Origin: Candidatus Korarchaeum cryptofilum OPF8
GTDB taxonomy: Archaea > Korarchaeota > Korarchaeia > Korarchaeales > Korarchaeaceae
NCBI RefSeq assembly: GCF_000019605.1
Contig: NC_010482.1
Coordinates: 240,001-272,000, forward strand
Direction of reading: 5' to 3'
Length of the DNA: 32,000 nt
Below the pieces are notes generated by a model, which searched no databases, was not told where the DNA came from, and saw only the letters and a list, made by a program, of their open reading frames with translations. This document shows, piece by piece, positions 1 to 7,737 of the stretch. Position numbers and translations under genes: made by a program. Numbering within the stretch: the stretch's first letter is position 1; each line of letters opens with the position of its first letter.

Positions 1-1
1 G

Positions 2-1072
2 AGCGGGAGCTCGAAGCTCGGTGGAGTCAATGTGGAGCCGAAGAATGATAAGAATGTGCTCAAGTGGAAGATAAGCAAACTGGATCAGAAGAGCAGCTTG
101 GAGATAAGTTTCCTAGCGAAGTTAATAGCGACAGCTGGGAGCTTCAATGTAGTGGCGACTGCAGCTACTGCTAGCGATAGTGTCATCATATCCGTTAAGC
201 CTAAAGAAGTGGCAGCTCCTCAACCTCAACCTCAGCAAGTCCCGGAGGTCGTGGAGCTGGATGTATCGGGCTCCTCCTCCGGCAGGGTGGGAACGGTAAC
301 GATAACTCTCACTAGCCCGACGGGAGCGAGGTCAGTGAGGATAGTCGCTAACCTAAACTCCCTCAAGTACGTGCCCAATAGCGCTAAGCTCGCCGATATG
401 CCCGCTAAGACCGATGTGAGGGAGAACAGCTTGAGCTGGTTGATAAGCATATCCAAGGGAGGGAAAGCTGTGATAACCTTCAACGTCGAGCCTAGCAGCG
501 ATGATGTGAATTCAGGTGAGGTGAACGTCTTCCTACCAGATTTCGGAAAACAGAAGAGTGTTACAATAAAGTTCGAGGCTAAACAGATGGCAATGGGCCC
601 ATCTCTTGAGATAAAACTCCCACAGATCCCAATATGGATATTCCTGCTCCCTCTACTGGCTATACCGATAGTGCTAGCGTACAAGAGGAGGGGGAGAGAA
701 GCTGTAGTGATGGATTACAGCGCCCTGAGGAGAGCCGTGGAGAGGGGGATGATAGAGGACTTGGTGAGGAGGTACGATGTCTACGTACCTCAGGAGACCT
801 TCAACAAGGTGAGCAAGGATCAGAGGTTGATGAAGGCGCTGGAGAAATATCTAATAGGGAGATCCCTGAAAGTGGAGAGGGTATTGAGCGATGTATCGAT
901 AGAGGGTTTCGATGATGAAGTAGCGGCTGTGATAAGCCTCGCCCAGAGGAGGGGAACTTTCGCGTACCTAGGGAACGAGGAGGCATTCAAGAAGTTGAAG
1001 GAGAAGGGATTGAAGGTGAAATTCGTTAAGGAAGGTAAGCCTCTATCATTAGAGGCGAATATCCCATCATAA
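2..1072 (+). CDS. 5'-truncated membrane-anchored surface protein with beta-rich ectodomain, PQ-rich linker, one TM helix and a ~125-aa cytoplasmic PIN-like tail
   Basis: Frame 2 is open from nt 2, with no stop before the track's GTG at 32, so the gene probably starts upstream of the window. The sequence is Ser/Thr/Val-rich with an APQPQPQQVPE linker. A hydrophobic helix IPIWIFLLPLLAIPIVLAY is followed by KRRGRE (positive-inside). A soluble tail then begins AVVMDYSAL. Confidence 0.6.
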   Translation, partial: SGSSKLGGVNVEPKNDKNVLKWKISKLDQKSSLEISFLAKLIATAGSFNVVATAATASDSVIISVKPKEVAAPQPQPQQVPEVVELDVSGSSSGRVGTVTITLTSPTGARSVRIVANLNSLKYVPNSAKLADMPAKTDVRENSLSWLISISKGGKAVITFNVEPSSDDVNSGEVNVFLPDFGKQKSVTIKFEAKQMAMGPSLEIKLPQIPIWIFLLPLLAIPIVLAYKRRGREAVVMDYSALRRAVERGMIEDLVRRYDVYVPQETFNKVSKDQRLMKALEKYLIGRSLKVERVLSDVSIEGFDDEVAAVISLAQRRGTFAYLGNEEAFKKLKEKGLKVKFVKEGKPLSLEANIPS

Positions 1073-2665
1073 CTCTATATTCATTTTTTCCTCCCTGAAT
1101 ATCCTTCTATCCATCTCCTCGAGCTTCCCCATCTGGGGCTGGAAATCCATCCTGCTTAGGATATCCTTATCCAGATCCACGCCAGGCGCTATCTCCTCCA
1201 GAGACAAACCCCTCTCGCTCAGCCTAAAGACAGCTCTCTCAGTTATGTATAAGACCTCCTTCCCCTCCTCTAAAGCTAGCTTCCCGTTGAAAGCCACCTT
1301 ATATACCTCCCTCACGAACTTCCTCACATCTCCATCTTGCTCGATTCTGAGCTCTCCATTCCCTATCCTGAACTTCCTCTTGCCCGCAGTGAATCCACCG
1401 GCGAAGTAAAGCCTTGGGGAGCCAGTTACTATAACTGGGAAGCCACCGGGACCGGTTATCCTGCCCGGGATGAATGAGGGGTTGACGTTACCGCGAGCAT
1501 CCACCTCCATGAACCCGAGGGAGGAGGCATCTATTATGCCGCCTTCATAATTCGTGAACATATCCGGCATCTGTATTACAGCGAAAGGCCCTATGGCGAC
1601 CCCGAAGTCAGCTTCAGTGAGGGCCACTCCTCCAAGCGGCCCAGCTTCTATGCTAGTCAGCAATATTTCCGAGAGACCCTCCTCCTCTATCACCAGGGGA
1701 GTGAGAGCGGGTATCCCTATCCCGAAGTTGACGAACAGGGGCCTATCCAGCCTCTTAGCCAGATAGAGGAGCTCAAGAGCTACTCTCCTAGCTATCACTT
1801 TCCTCTCACTGAGCTCGAGGGGGCTGTAAGAAGCTCTAGGTGGAATTATTTCACCGCTTATCCTAGGATCGTAACGGAAGGAGCAGGTCTGCCAATGGTA
1901 TTCCTCGGGAGCCACTACTACGTGATCCACCAGAGGGGCTGGGACATGGACTTCCTTAGGCTTAATAGATCCGAATTTCGCTAACCTTTCAACCTGAGCT
2001 ATGACTATACCTCCGCAAGATTTAGCGGCTTGAGAAATTGCTAGGACAGTGCCGAATATACCCTCCCTCTCCATCGAGAGGTTCCCGAGCTCATCCGAAG
2101 TCGTGGCCCTTATCAAAGCCACTTCGGGCTTCGGTGCTTTGTAGAGCAGGTACTCCCTCCCATCTATCTCTATCAGGCTGTTGCTGCAAGTCCTCCTCTC
2201 CCTAGCCAGATCGTTGAGGTAGCAACCATCGTTCCTAGGATCTAGGAAGGTCCTCAACCCAACTCTAGTGATTATACCCGGCCTCCCAGACGCTACTTCC
2301 CTGAACCAGCAACTGGCAGTGCCTATGGGCCAGGTGTACATCTCTATAGCATTCTCAGCCGTGAGCCTCTGGAGCCACGGGGCCCATCCGAGGTAAGTCA
2401 ATAGCATCCCCCTCAAGAACTCCCTATCCCCGGTCTCGTGCATTTTCTTCCCTATGAAATCGAGGCCCCTATCGGGCACCGCCGGTAAAGTATCCGTCAG
2501 TATGAAGAGATCCTTAGGATGGCCCGTCCTCTCATAAAGCTCCCATAACTTAACTATCAAGTACTCCGGGGTCGTCGCTATGTTGAATCCCGAGATCGCT
2601 ATGACTGAGCCATCCCTTATCCTGGAAAGGGCCCCCTCGACATCGATCACCTTAGAGAATTGCAT
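1067..2665 (-). CDS. Family I CoA-transferase, fused alpha/beta type (acyl-CoA:acetate/3-ketoacid CoA-transferase, YdiF-like)
   Basis: 532-aa ORF. The N-terminus DGSVIAISGF and the central SIEAGPLGG (glutamate motif at the position of the SENG active site) match this family, as do the length and domain order of single-chain CoA-transferases. GGGAGGGAG lies just upstream of the ATG. Recognised from memory only. Confidence 0.7.
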   Translation of the reverse strand: MQFSKVIDVEGALSRIRDGSVIAISGFNIATTPEYLIVKLWELYERTGHPKDLFILTDTLPAVPDRGLDFIGKKMHETGDREFLRGMLLTYLGWAPWLQRLTAENAIEMYTWPIGTASCWFREVASGRPGIITRVGLRTFLDPRNDGCYLNDLARERRTCSNSLIEIDGREYLLYKAPKPEVALIRATTSDELGNLSMEREGIFGTVLAISQAAKSCGGIVIAQVERLAKFGSIKPKEVHVPAPLVDHVVVAPEEYHWQTCSFRYDPRISGEIIPPRASYSPLELSERKVIARRVALELLYLAKRLDRPLFVNFGIGIPALTPLVIEEEGLSEILLTSIEAGPLGGVALTEADFGVAIGPFAVIQMPDMFTNYEGGIIDASSLGFMEVDARGNVNPSFIPGRITGPGGFPVIVTGSPRLYFAGGFTAGKRKFRIGNGELRIEQDGDVRKFVREVYKVAFNGKLALEEGKEVLYITERAVFRLSERGLSLEEIAPGVDLDKDILSRMDFQPQMGKLEEMDRRIFREEKMNIEL

Positions 2666-2747
2666 AAGCTCCCTCCCACCGGAAAATTAATAATTTTACT
2701 CCAGGGCGGATGGCACATGCTACTCGATCGCAGCAAAATTCTTATTA

Positions 2748-3569
2748 ATGGAAATCCATAGATCCGGGGTGAATGGACTGAGCTGGATACAAAGGGTGTT
2801 CATAGATAGGGCGGACCTCTACCTGGAAATAATGAATAGCACTTGGTCCGAGGGGGAGCAGATAGCTAGATCGATAGCTGAGATACTAAGGGAAAATGGA
2901 TTGGAGTCCGGAAGGGTATTGGAGGCATTTTGCGGGAATGGCAGAGTAGCAATACCCCTCGCAATTGAGGGATATGATGTTCTAGGCTTCGACATATCTC
3001 TTCCATTCATACAGGACGCTAGGCAGAAGGCCGAGAAGCACAGGGTATCGGATAAAGCTAAGTTCATAGTCTCGGATGCCAGAGAAATAGATAGCAGGCT
3101 TAAGGGGGAGATATTCGATGCAATAATAATAGTGTCGACATCCCTAGGTTACTACGACTCGATGACGGATGAGGAGATACTCAGGAAGCTCAGGTCACTG
3201 GTGAAGGAGGGATCCATCCTCATAATAGCGAATACGTTCCATAGGGAGACGCCGAGTTGGAACTGCGGGAGGGTTTTCCAGAGATACGGTTCCTTGGTCT
3301 TGATGGAGGATATGAGATTCGATCCCCTCTGGTCCAGGCTCCTCTCCAAGTGGATCCTCCTCAGGGACGATGGTGAGGGCAACTTGACGAAGGAGCTCGA
3401 GGTGAATACGGAGATGAGGATATATACATCCACGGAGCTGGCTGAGATACTCAGGAGAGCGGGATGGGGGGTCGATTCAATATACGGGGACATAAGGAAG
3501 AAGGAGAAGTTCTCCCCTCCCTGCCCCTACTTAAGCCTCATCGCGAAGGCCATCCAAGCAACTGAGTAG
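2748..3569 (+). CDS. Class I SAM-dependent methyltransferase
   Basis: Motif I VLEAFCGNGRVAIPLA is followed by the acidic post-I residue in VLGFDIS. The ORF is 273 aa. Its 3' end overlaps the convergent tmcA by 39 nt. Confidence 0.75.
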   Translation: MEIHRSGVNGLSWIQRVFIDRADLYLEIMNSTWSEGEQIARSIAEILRENGLESGRVLEAFCGNGRVAIPLAIEGYDVLGFDISLPFIQDARQKAEKHRVSDKAKFIVSDAREIDSRLKGEIFDAIIIVSTSLGYYDSMTDEEILRKLRSLVKEGSILIIANTFHRETPSWNCGRVFQRYGSLVLMEDMRFDPLWSRLLSKWILLRDDGEGNLTKELEVNTEMRIYTSTELAEILRRAGWGVDSIYGDIRKKEKFSPPCPYLSLIAKAIQATE

Positions 3570-5732
3570 ATTCGAGACTATCTCCCTCAGGAGCTCGTAA
3601 GGCTCCTTCACCCCGAACCTGCTCTTCAAGGTCTCCCAGGGTTTCCCCTGCAGGACCTTCGCCACCAGTATCGCTTCCTCCCTGGGGGTTAAGCAATCCT
3701 TCCCCTGCCAGAAGTAGCTCCTGACGACTTCATGTATCGCATCAGAAGCTAGCTCATAGACGTAGCTTCCCTTAACGTATCCTAAGAGCCTGCTCCTCTG
3801 GGAAGTGCTCAACTTGGCCTTCCCCCCATCTAACTTGCTCTTGAGGAGCAATCTAGCTACCATGGGGTTTAGGGAGAAGTAAACATCATGTAAGCTCGCT
3901 AATACCCTCCTCTTGAATTCCTTGAGCACTTCCTCAGTGAGTTTAGATGCCTCCTCACTCAGGGGCTTGAGCACTAAGACGCTGTACTCCCCGGTCACAG
4001 TATTCCTAGATGGGCTTATGTGCACAGGATGATAGCCAGATCTAACCCAGAATCTAAGTAAATCCTCCGTTGCACCGAATCCGGCTCCCAGCCAGTCCAC
4101 GCTTTTTCCCCTGGCTTCCCTCTCCACTTCAGCCAGGGCCCTCGTCCCGAAGCCCATCCCCTGAAGCTCTGGATGAGTGGCTATCCTGACTATCCTCCAA
4201 CCCCTCAGCCTCCCGAAGCTCTTGAAGGAGTAGTGTAGGACTATCCTGCTCGCTATCATATGCCCCGGCAGATCCCTCATCCCCCTGACCATATCCTCGA
4301 GGAGCGAGTTCGGAAGCCCACCCTCCTCAGCCAAGTGGATGCTCACTATGGGCTCTCCTTCAGCCTCTAGTGACCTGGCGAAGTGATGGGGAGCATCTAA
4401 GAGGGTAGCGAGATCGTTGGGCCTATTCCTGTAATGAGCCAATATGTAAATACCGTAGAACTTCCTCAGGTATTCCTCGCTTATGCTATCCAAGGATATC
4501 TCCCTGTAAGTGGCCTCTAGATTCTTAGGGGGCTCCCCTGGTTCCGCATCAAGCAGGAGGAAGTCATAGAGCCACCTCTCGACTGGATCATCTGGGGGAT
4601 ACCTTATCGGTTCATCCATCCTCTCCTCGGCGTGAGGGATTCCGGATTTCCTCAGCCTCCCAAGGAACCTCAGGGAGAAGCCTCTCCCAGCGCCCTCGTA
4701 TCCGTGTATCGTCGATGAGAATATAGTGAATCCCCCGCCCAGGAATTTGAATAGGGTTGTCACTGGTATAGAGGCAGCTTCATCGACTACCTTCAGGCTC
4801 ACTTCGACTTCAGCAGCGCTTTCAGGCGTGAGATAGAAGACGTCCTTGCCCTTGAACCTCAGGGCTATGATCCTGCCCTCCCTTATCAGGGGCTCATAAT
4901 TCACTCCCTGAGCATCCAGTCCCCTCATCAGGAAGTTGAAGATCGTCTGAACCCCCTCGATGCTCGGAGATGTCACTACGGCGCTCCTAATCTTGCTCCT
5001 ATTCATTATGAGGGATAGAGCTATCCCTATTACGGCGGACTTCCCCCTCCCCCTATTCGCGGTAAGTATGAAAGCTCTCTTCCTCTCCTTAAAAGCATCT
5101 AGAATGGATCTCAGGACTCTCTGCTGATCCCTAGTCGCGCATAGATCGAAGAGTGGATCTCCGGTCCTCTCAATAGGAGCTCTGTCCTTCGAGACCCTCC
5201 CGCAAAGCTCCCCTCTGACCTCCTCGCCGAGGAGGAAGGTACCCCTCTTCCCTATTGAACTGAGGAACCTGGACTTGAAGAGCTGCCTCACACCCCTGGA
5301 TTCGAATGGAGGGACCATGAACCTCCTCTGGAACTCGGTCATCGAGTTGATCCACTCCTCCGCTGGTGGTATCGTGAGGATCGCGAGACCTCCTCCCCTG
5401 ACTACCTCTATCAGTCTGCCTATATCGTTGGCCCTGAACTGATGCGATATATCTGCTATTAGGATATCCCAAGTGCCCCCGAGCACCTCCTCGGTCTGAT
5501 CGAAGTCTATCGATGTGGCGTCATCAAGAGGGATCCTATCCAAATTGATCCCCATATGAGTAGCGATCAGGAGGCGGCCTTCCCTCTTAGATAACCAGAT
5601 CTTGGCAATTTCCGATGCTACCTCCGGTGAATCATTTCCAGATATTACGATGAGTCTCCTCTCCCCTGTATTCATGGCTTCCTCAACTATAAGCCTGGGA
5701 TCCAATTTCACCCTCCCGGTGAGCGATAACAA
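3531..5732 (-). CDS. tmcA: tRNA(Met) cytidine acetyltransferase (TmcA/Nat10-type RNA acetyltransferase)
   Basis: 733 aa. Contains a P-loop TANRGRGKSAV in a helicase-like ATPase module and a C-terminal GNAT acetyl-CoA motif IATHPELQGMGFGTRAL. This is the N-terminal domain / ATPase / GNAT / tRNA-binding tail architecture typical of TmcA. Confidence 0.85.
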   Translation of the reverse strand: MLSLTGRVKLDPRLIVEEAMNTGERRLIVISGNDSPEVASEIAKIWLSKREGRLLIATHMGINLDRIPLDDATSIDFDQTEEVLGGTWDILIADISHQFRANDIGRLIEVVRGGGLAILTIPPAEEWINSMTEFQRRFMVPPFESRGVRQLFKSRFLSSIGKRGTFLLGEEVRGELCGRVSKDRAPIERTGDPLFDLCATRDQQRVLRSILDAFKERKRAFILTANRGRGKSAVIGIALSLIMNRSKIRSAVVTSPSIEGVQTIFNFLMRGLDAQGVNYEPLIREGRIIALRFKGKDVFYLTPESAAEVEVSLKVVDEAASIPVTTLFKFLGGGFTIFSSTIHGYEGAGRGFSLRFLGRLRKSGIPHAEERMDEPIRYPPDDPVERWLYDFLLLDAEPGEPPKNLEATYREISLDSISEEYLRKFYGIYILAHYRNRPNDLATLLDAPHHFARSLEAEGEPIVSIHLAEEGGLPNSLLEDMVRGMRDLPGHMIASRIVLHYSFKSFGRLRGWRIVRIATHPELQGMGFGTRALAEVEREARGKSVDWLGAGFGATEDLLRFWVRSGYHPVHISPSRNTVTGEYSVLVLKPLSEEASKLTEEVLKEFKRRVLASLHDVYFSLNPMVARLLLKSKLDGGKAKLSTSQRSRLLGYVKGSYVYELASDAIHEVVRSYFWQGKDCLTPREEAILVAKVLQGKPWETLKSRFGVKEPYELLREIVSNLLSCLDGLRDEA

Positions 5733-5842
5733 ACTAGAATTAAAGCGGCATCTCGATGCTGAAGGATCAAATAATGATCCTTTTACGGTAATGAGGATTC
5801 AAGCGAGCTCTTCTGGAATTCCCCAGCTGCTGGATGGGGAAA

Positions 5843-6751
5843 TCATCCCCTGGCTCTACCTATTATCTCCCTCAGGCTCAATCCCTTCTTAAGTAAGTAA
5901 GATTCCAATCCCCTGTTGATCTCCTCGAAGACCTCGAGGCCCCTCCTGTAGATAGCTGTCCCTATACCGACCGCTTTAGCTCCAGCTAGCATCATCTCCA
6001 CAGCATCCCTCCAAGTCTCGACGCCGCCGGTTCCGATGACATCGCATATCCCAGCTAGCTCGTAGACGCATCTAACGGCTATGGGCCTTATAGCTGGACC
6101 GCTGAGCCCACCGAACTTATTAGAGAGGACAGGGGTCATAGCTTCAACATCTATGTACATGGCTCTAACGGTATTTATCGCGTTTAAAGCATCGGCTCCG
6201 GATTCGAAGGCGCTTCTCCCCAAGCTAGCTATATCCGGGACCATGGGGGAGAGCTTCACGATTATAGGTATCTTAACGTTCCTCCTGACCTCGGAAACTA
6301 GCTCCCTCATGAGCTCCGGCGTGGATCCCACCTCCAAACCGTGTCCCCTCACGTGAGGGCATGATGCGTTCAGCTCCACTGCATCGACCCCGCAGTCCTG
6401 GAGCCTCCCAGCAACATAGGCTACTTCTTCAGGCGTATTACCGCCAGCGCTCCCTATAACAGGTATCTCTATGCTTCCTCTCGCCTCCCTGAACTCCCTC
6501 TCGAACTCATCTATACCCGGGTTGGGTAAGCCCATGGCGTTGAGCATCCCGAACGGGAGCTCGACGACGACCGGATTCTCATACCCCCTGCTGGGTCTCG
6601 GAAGTATCGTTTTCGTCGTTACAGCTCCAGCCCCAGCTCTCTCGACCCTCTTGAGTAGGGAGGGGGTCATTCCCAGTATACCAGAAGCCAAAATGAGCGG
6701 ATTTCTAAGTTTTATCCCCGCTACCTCCGTCTCCAGGCTCAACCATCTCAC
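5843..6751 (-). CDS. pyrD: Dihydroorotate dehydrogenase, class 1 catalytic subunit
   Basis: IKLRNPLILASGILG occurs at the N-terminus, with a VELNASCPHV active-site Cys loop and C-terminal GTGGV / GAKAVGIGTA FMN-binding strands. The track start is GTG. The start overlaps scpB by 47 nt, or 38 nt if the in-frame TTG at 6742 is used. Confidence 0.85.
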   Translation of the reverse strand: MRWLSLETEVAGIKLRNPLILASGILGMTPSLLKRVERAGAGAVTTKTILPRPSRGYENPVVVELPFGMLNAMGLPNPGIDEFEREFREARGSIEIPVIGSAGGNTPEEVAYVAGRLQDCGVDAVELNASCPHVRGHGLEVGSTPELMRELVSEVRRNVKIPIIVKLSPMVPDIASLGRSAFESGADALNAINTVRAMYIDVEAMTPVLSNKFGGLSGPAIRPIAVRCVYELAGICDVIGTGGVETWRDAVEMMLAGAKAVGIGTAIYRRGLEVFEEINRGLESYLLKKGLSLREIIGRARG

Positions 6752-7211
6752 CCCCTGACTCGACTGAGAACATGGATTTGAACTTAGCTGTCGTCCTCAG
6801 GACCTTCCTCCTCCCCTCCCTGGATACGCTTATCAGGCCCAGGGATCTCAGCTTCCTCAAGTGCCTCCTGGAGGCCCCTCCCCTATAAGCAACTAAGCTG
6901 GAGATATCCAAGGGTTCATTAGCAGCTATCACAGCGAGGGTCCTCAATTCAGCTTTTGACAGTAGCTTACTTTCGAAAAATGAAGAAACTGCTATCTCAT
7001 ATTCCCTCTTGAGCTTCATCAAGTACTTCCCATCTAGCGCCTCTACGATGAATGGATGCCCCGCGAGTTCCTCATTTATCTCTCGCACAGCTTCCCCTAT
7101 CTCCTCACCCCTGAGCCCGCATACCCTCTCTATAGTCCCCTCATCAACAGCCCTGCTCGATGCGAATAAAAGCGCCTCAAGCAACCTCTTCGCCCTCTCC
7201 CAAGAGCTCAA
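6705..7211 (-). CDS. scpB: Segregation and condensation protein B (condensin KITE subunit)
   Basis: The ScpB N-terminal signature LLEALLFASSRAVDEGTIERV is present. Size (168 aa) fits tandem winged helices, and the gene sits directly downstream of smc/scpA. The start is TTG at 7211 or TTG at 7184. Confidence 0.8.
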   Translation of the reverse strand: MSSWERAKRLLEALLFASSRAVDEGTIERVCGLRGEEIGEAVREINEELAGHPFIVEALDGKYLMKLKREYEIAVSSFFESKLLSKAELRTLAVIAANEPLDISSLVAYRGGASRRHLRKLRSLGLISVSREGRRKVLRTTAKFKSMFSVESGGEMVEPGDGGSGDKT

Positions 7212-7737
7212 CTCCTATCACCACCTTTATCTCACCGAAAGGCCTCTCCTGAATTAGCACAACTTCTCCCTCCTTCTCCAGGAATAGTAAAGCTAATACA
7301 GCTATTATACCACCGGCTATGGGTGAGATATCCTTCAGGGATACGTAGCTCCTTCCCTCATCCCTCAGCTTCCTTATTATGGATCTAACCCTCTCCACGT
7401 GCTCGGCTAGGTCGAACATCGAGATATCAGCTATCCTAAGGGCCTCAACTTTCCCGAGGCTCTGGGCCCACTTGACGGCTTCTAAGAATTCCTCAACAGT
7501 GGGATACCTCCCGGGAGCTCTAGGTCGATTGATCAAAATTATCTTAGCTCCTATCAGCTTAACTGCCCTCTTCTTCCTCTCCTTGCTTTTCCTCTCCCCC
7601 CTCAAGTAGGAGATTATATCTTCCTTGAGCCTCCTGACTAGCTCCAGTATCCTCAGGCCAGCTTTAGCTATATCCTTAGTCCTTTGGAACTCCCTGAGGA
7701 TCTCCTCAGCTTCCAATGATGCTTCTCTCGACAGCAA
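7177..7737 (-). CDS. scpA: Probable segregation and condensation protein A (kleisin), compact form
   Basis: Sandwiched between and overlapping smc and scpB, and charged/helical. At 186 aa it is shorter than typical ScpA. TTG start at 7737, with an alternative TTG at 7716. The call rests mainly on synteny and motif-level support is weak. Confidence 0.55.
   Translation of the reverse strand: MLSREASLEAEEILREFQRTKDIAKAGLRILELVRRLKEDIISYLRGERKSKERKKRAVKLIGAKIILINRPRAPGRYPTVEEFLEAVKWAQSLGKVEALRIADISMFDLAEHVERVRSIIRKLRDEGRSYVSLKDISPIAGGIIAVLALLFLEKEGEVVLIQERPFGEIKVVIGVELLGEGEEVA

Noticed and set aside
5762-5782. Hairpin AAGGATCA-AATAA-TGATCCTT between pyrD and tmcA
   Set aside because: The T-run follows the hairpin only on the plus strand, where no gene ends. 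On the coding (minus) strand there is no oligo-T after it, so it is not convincing as a terminator.
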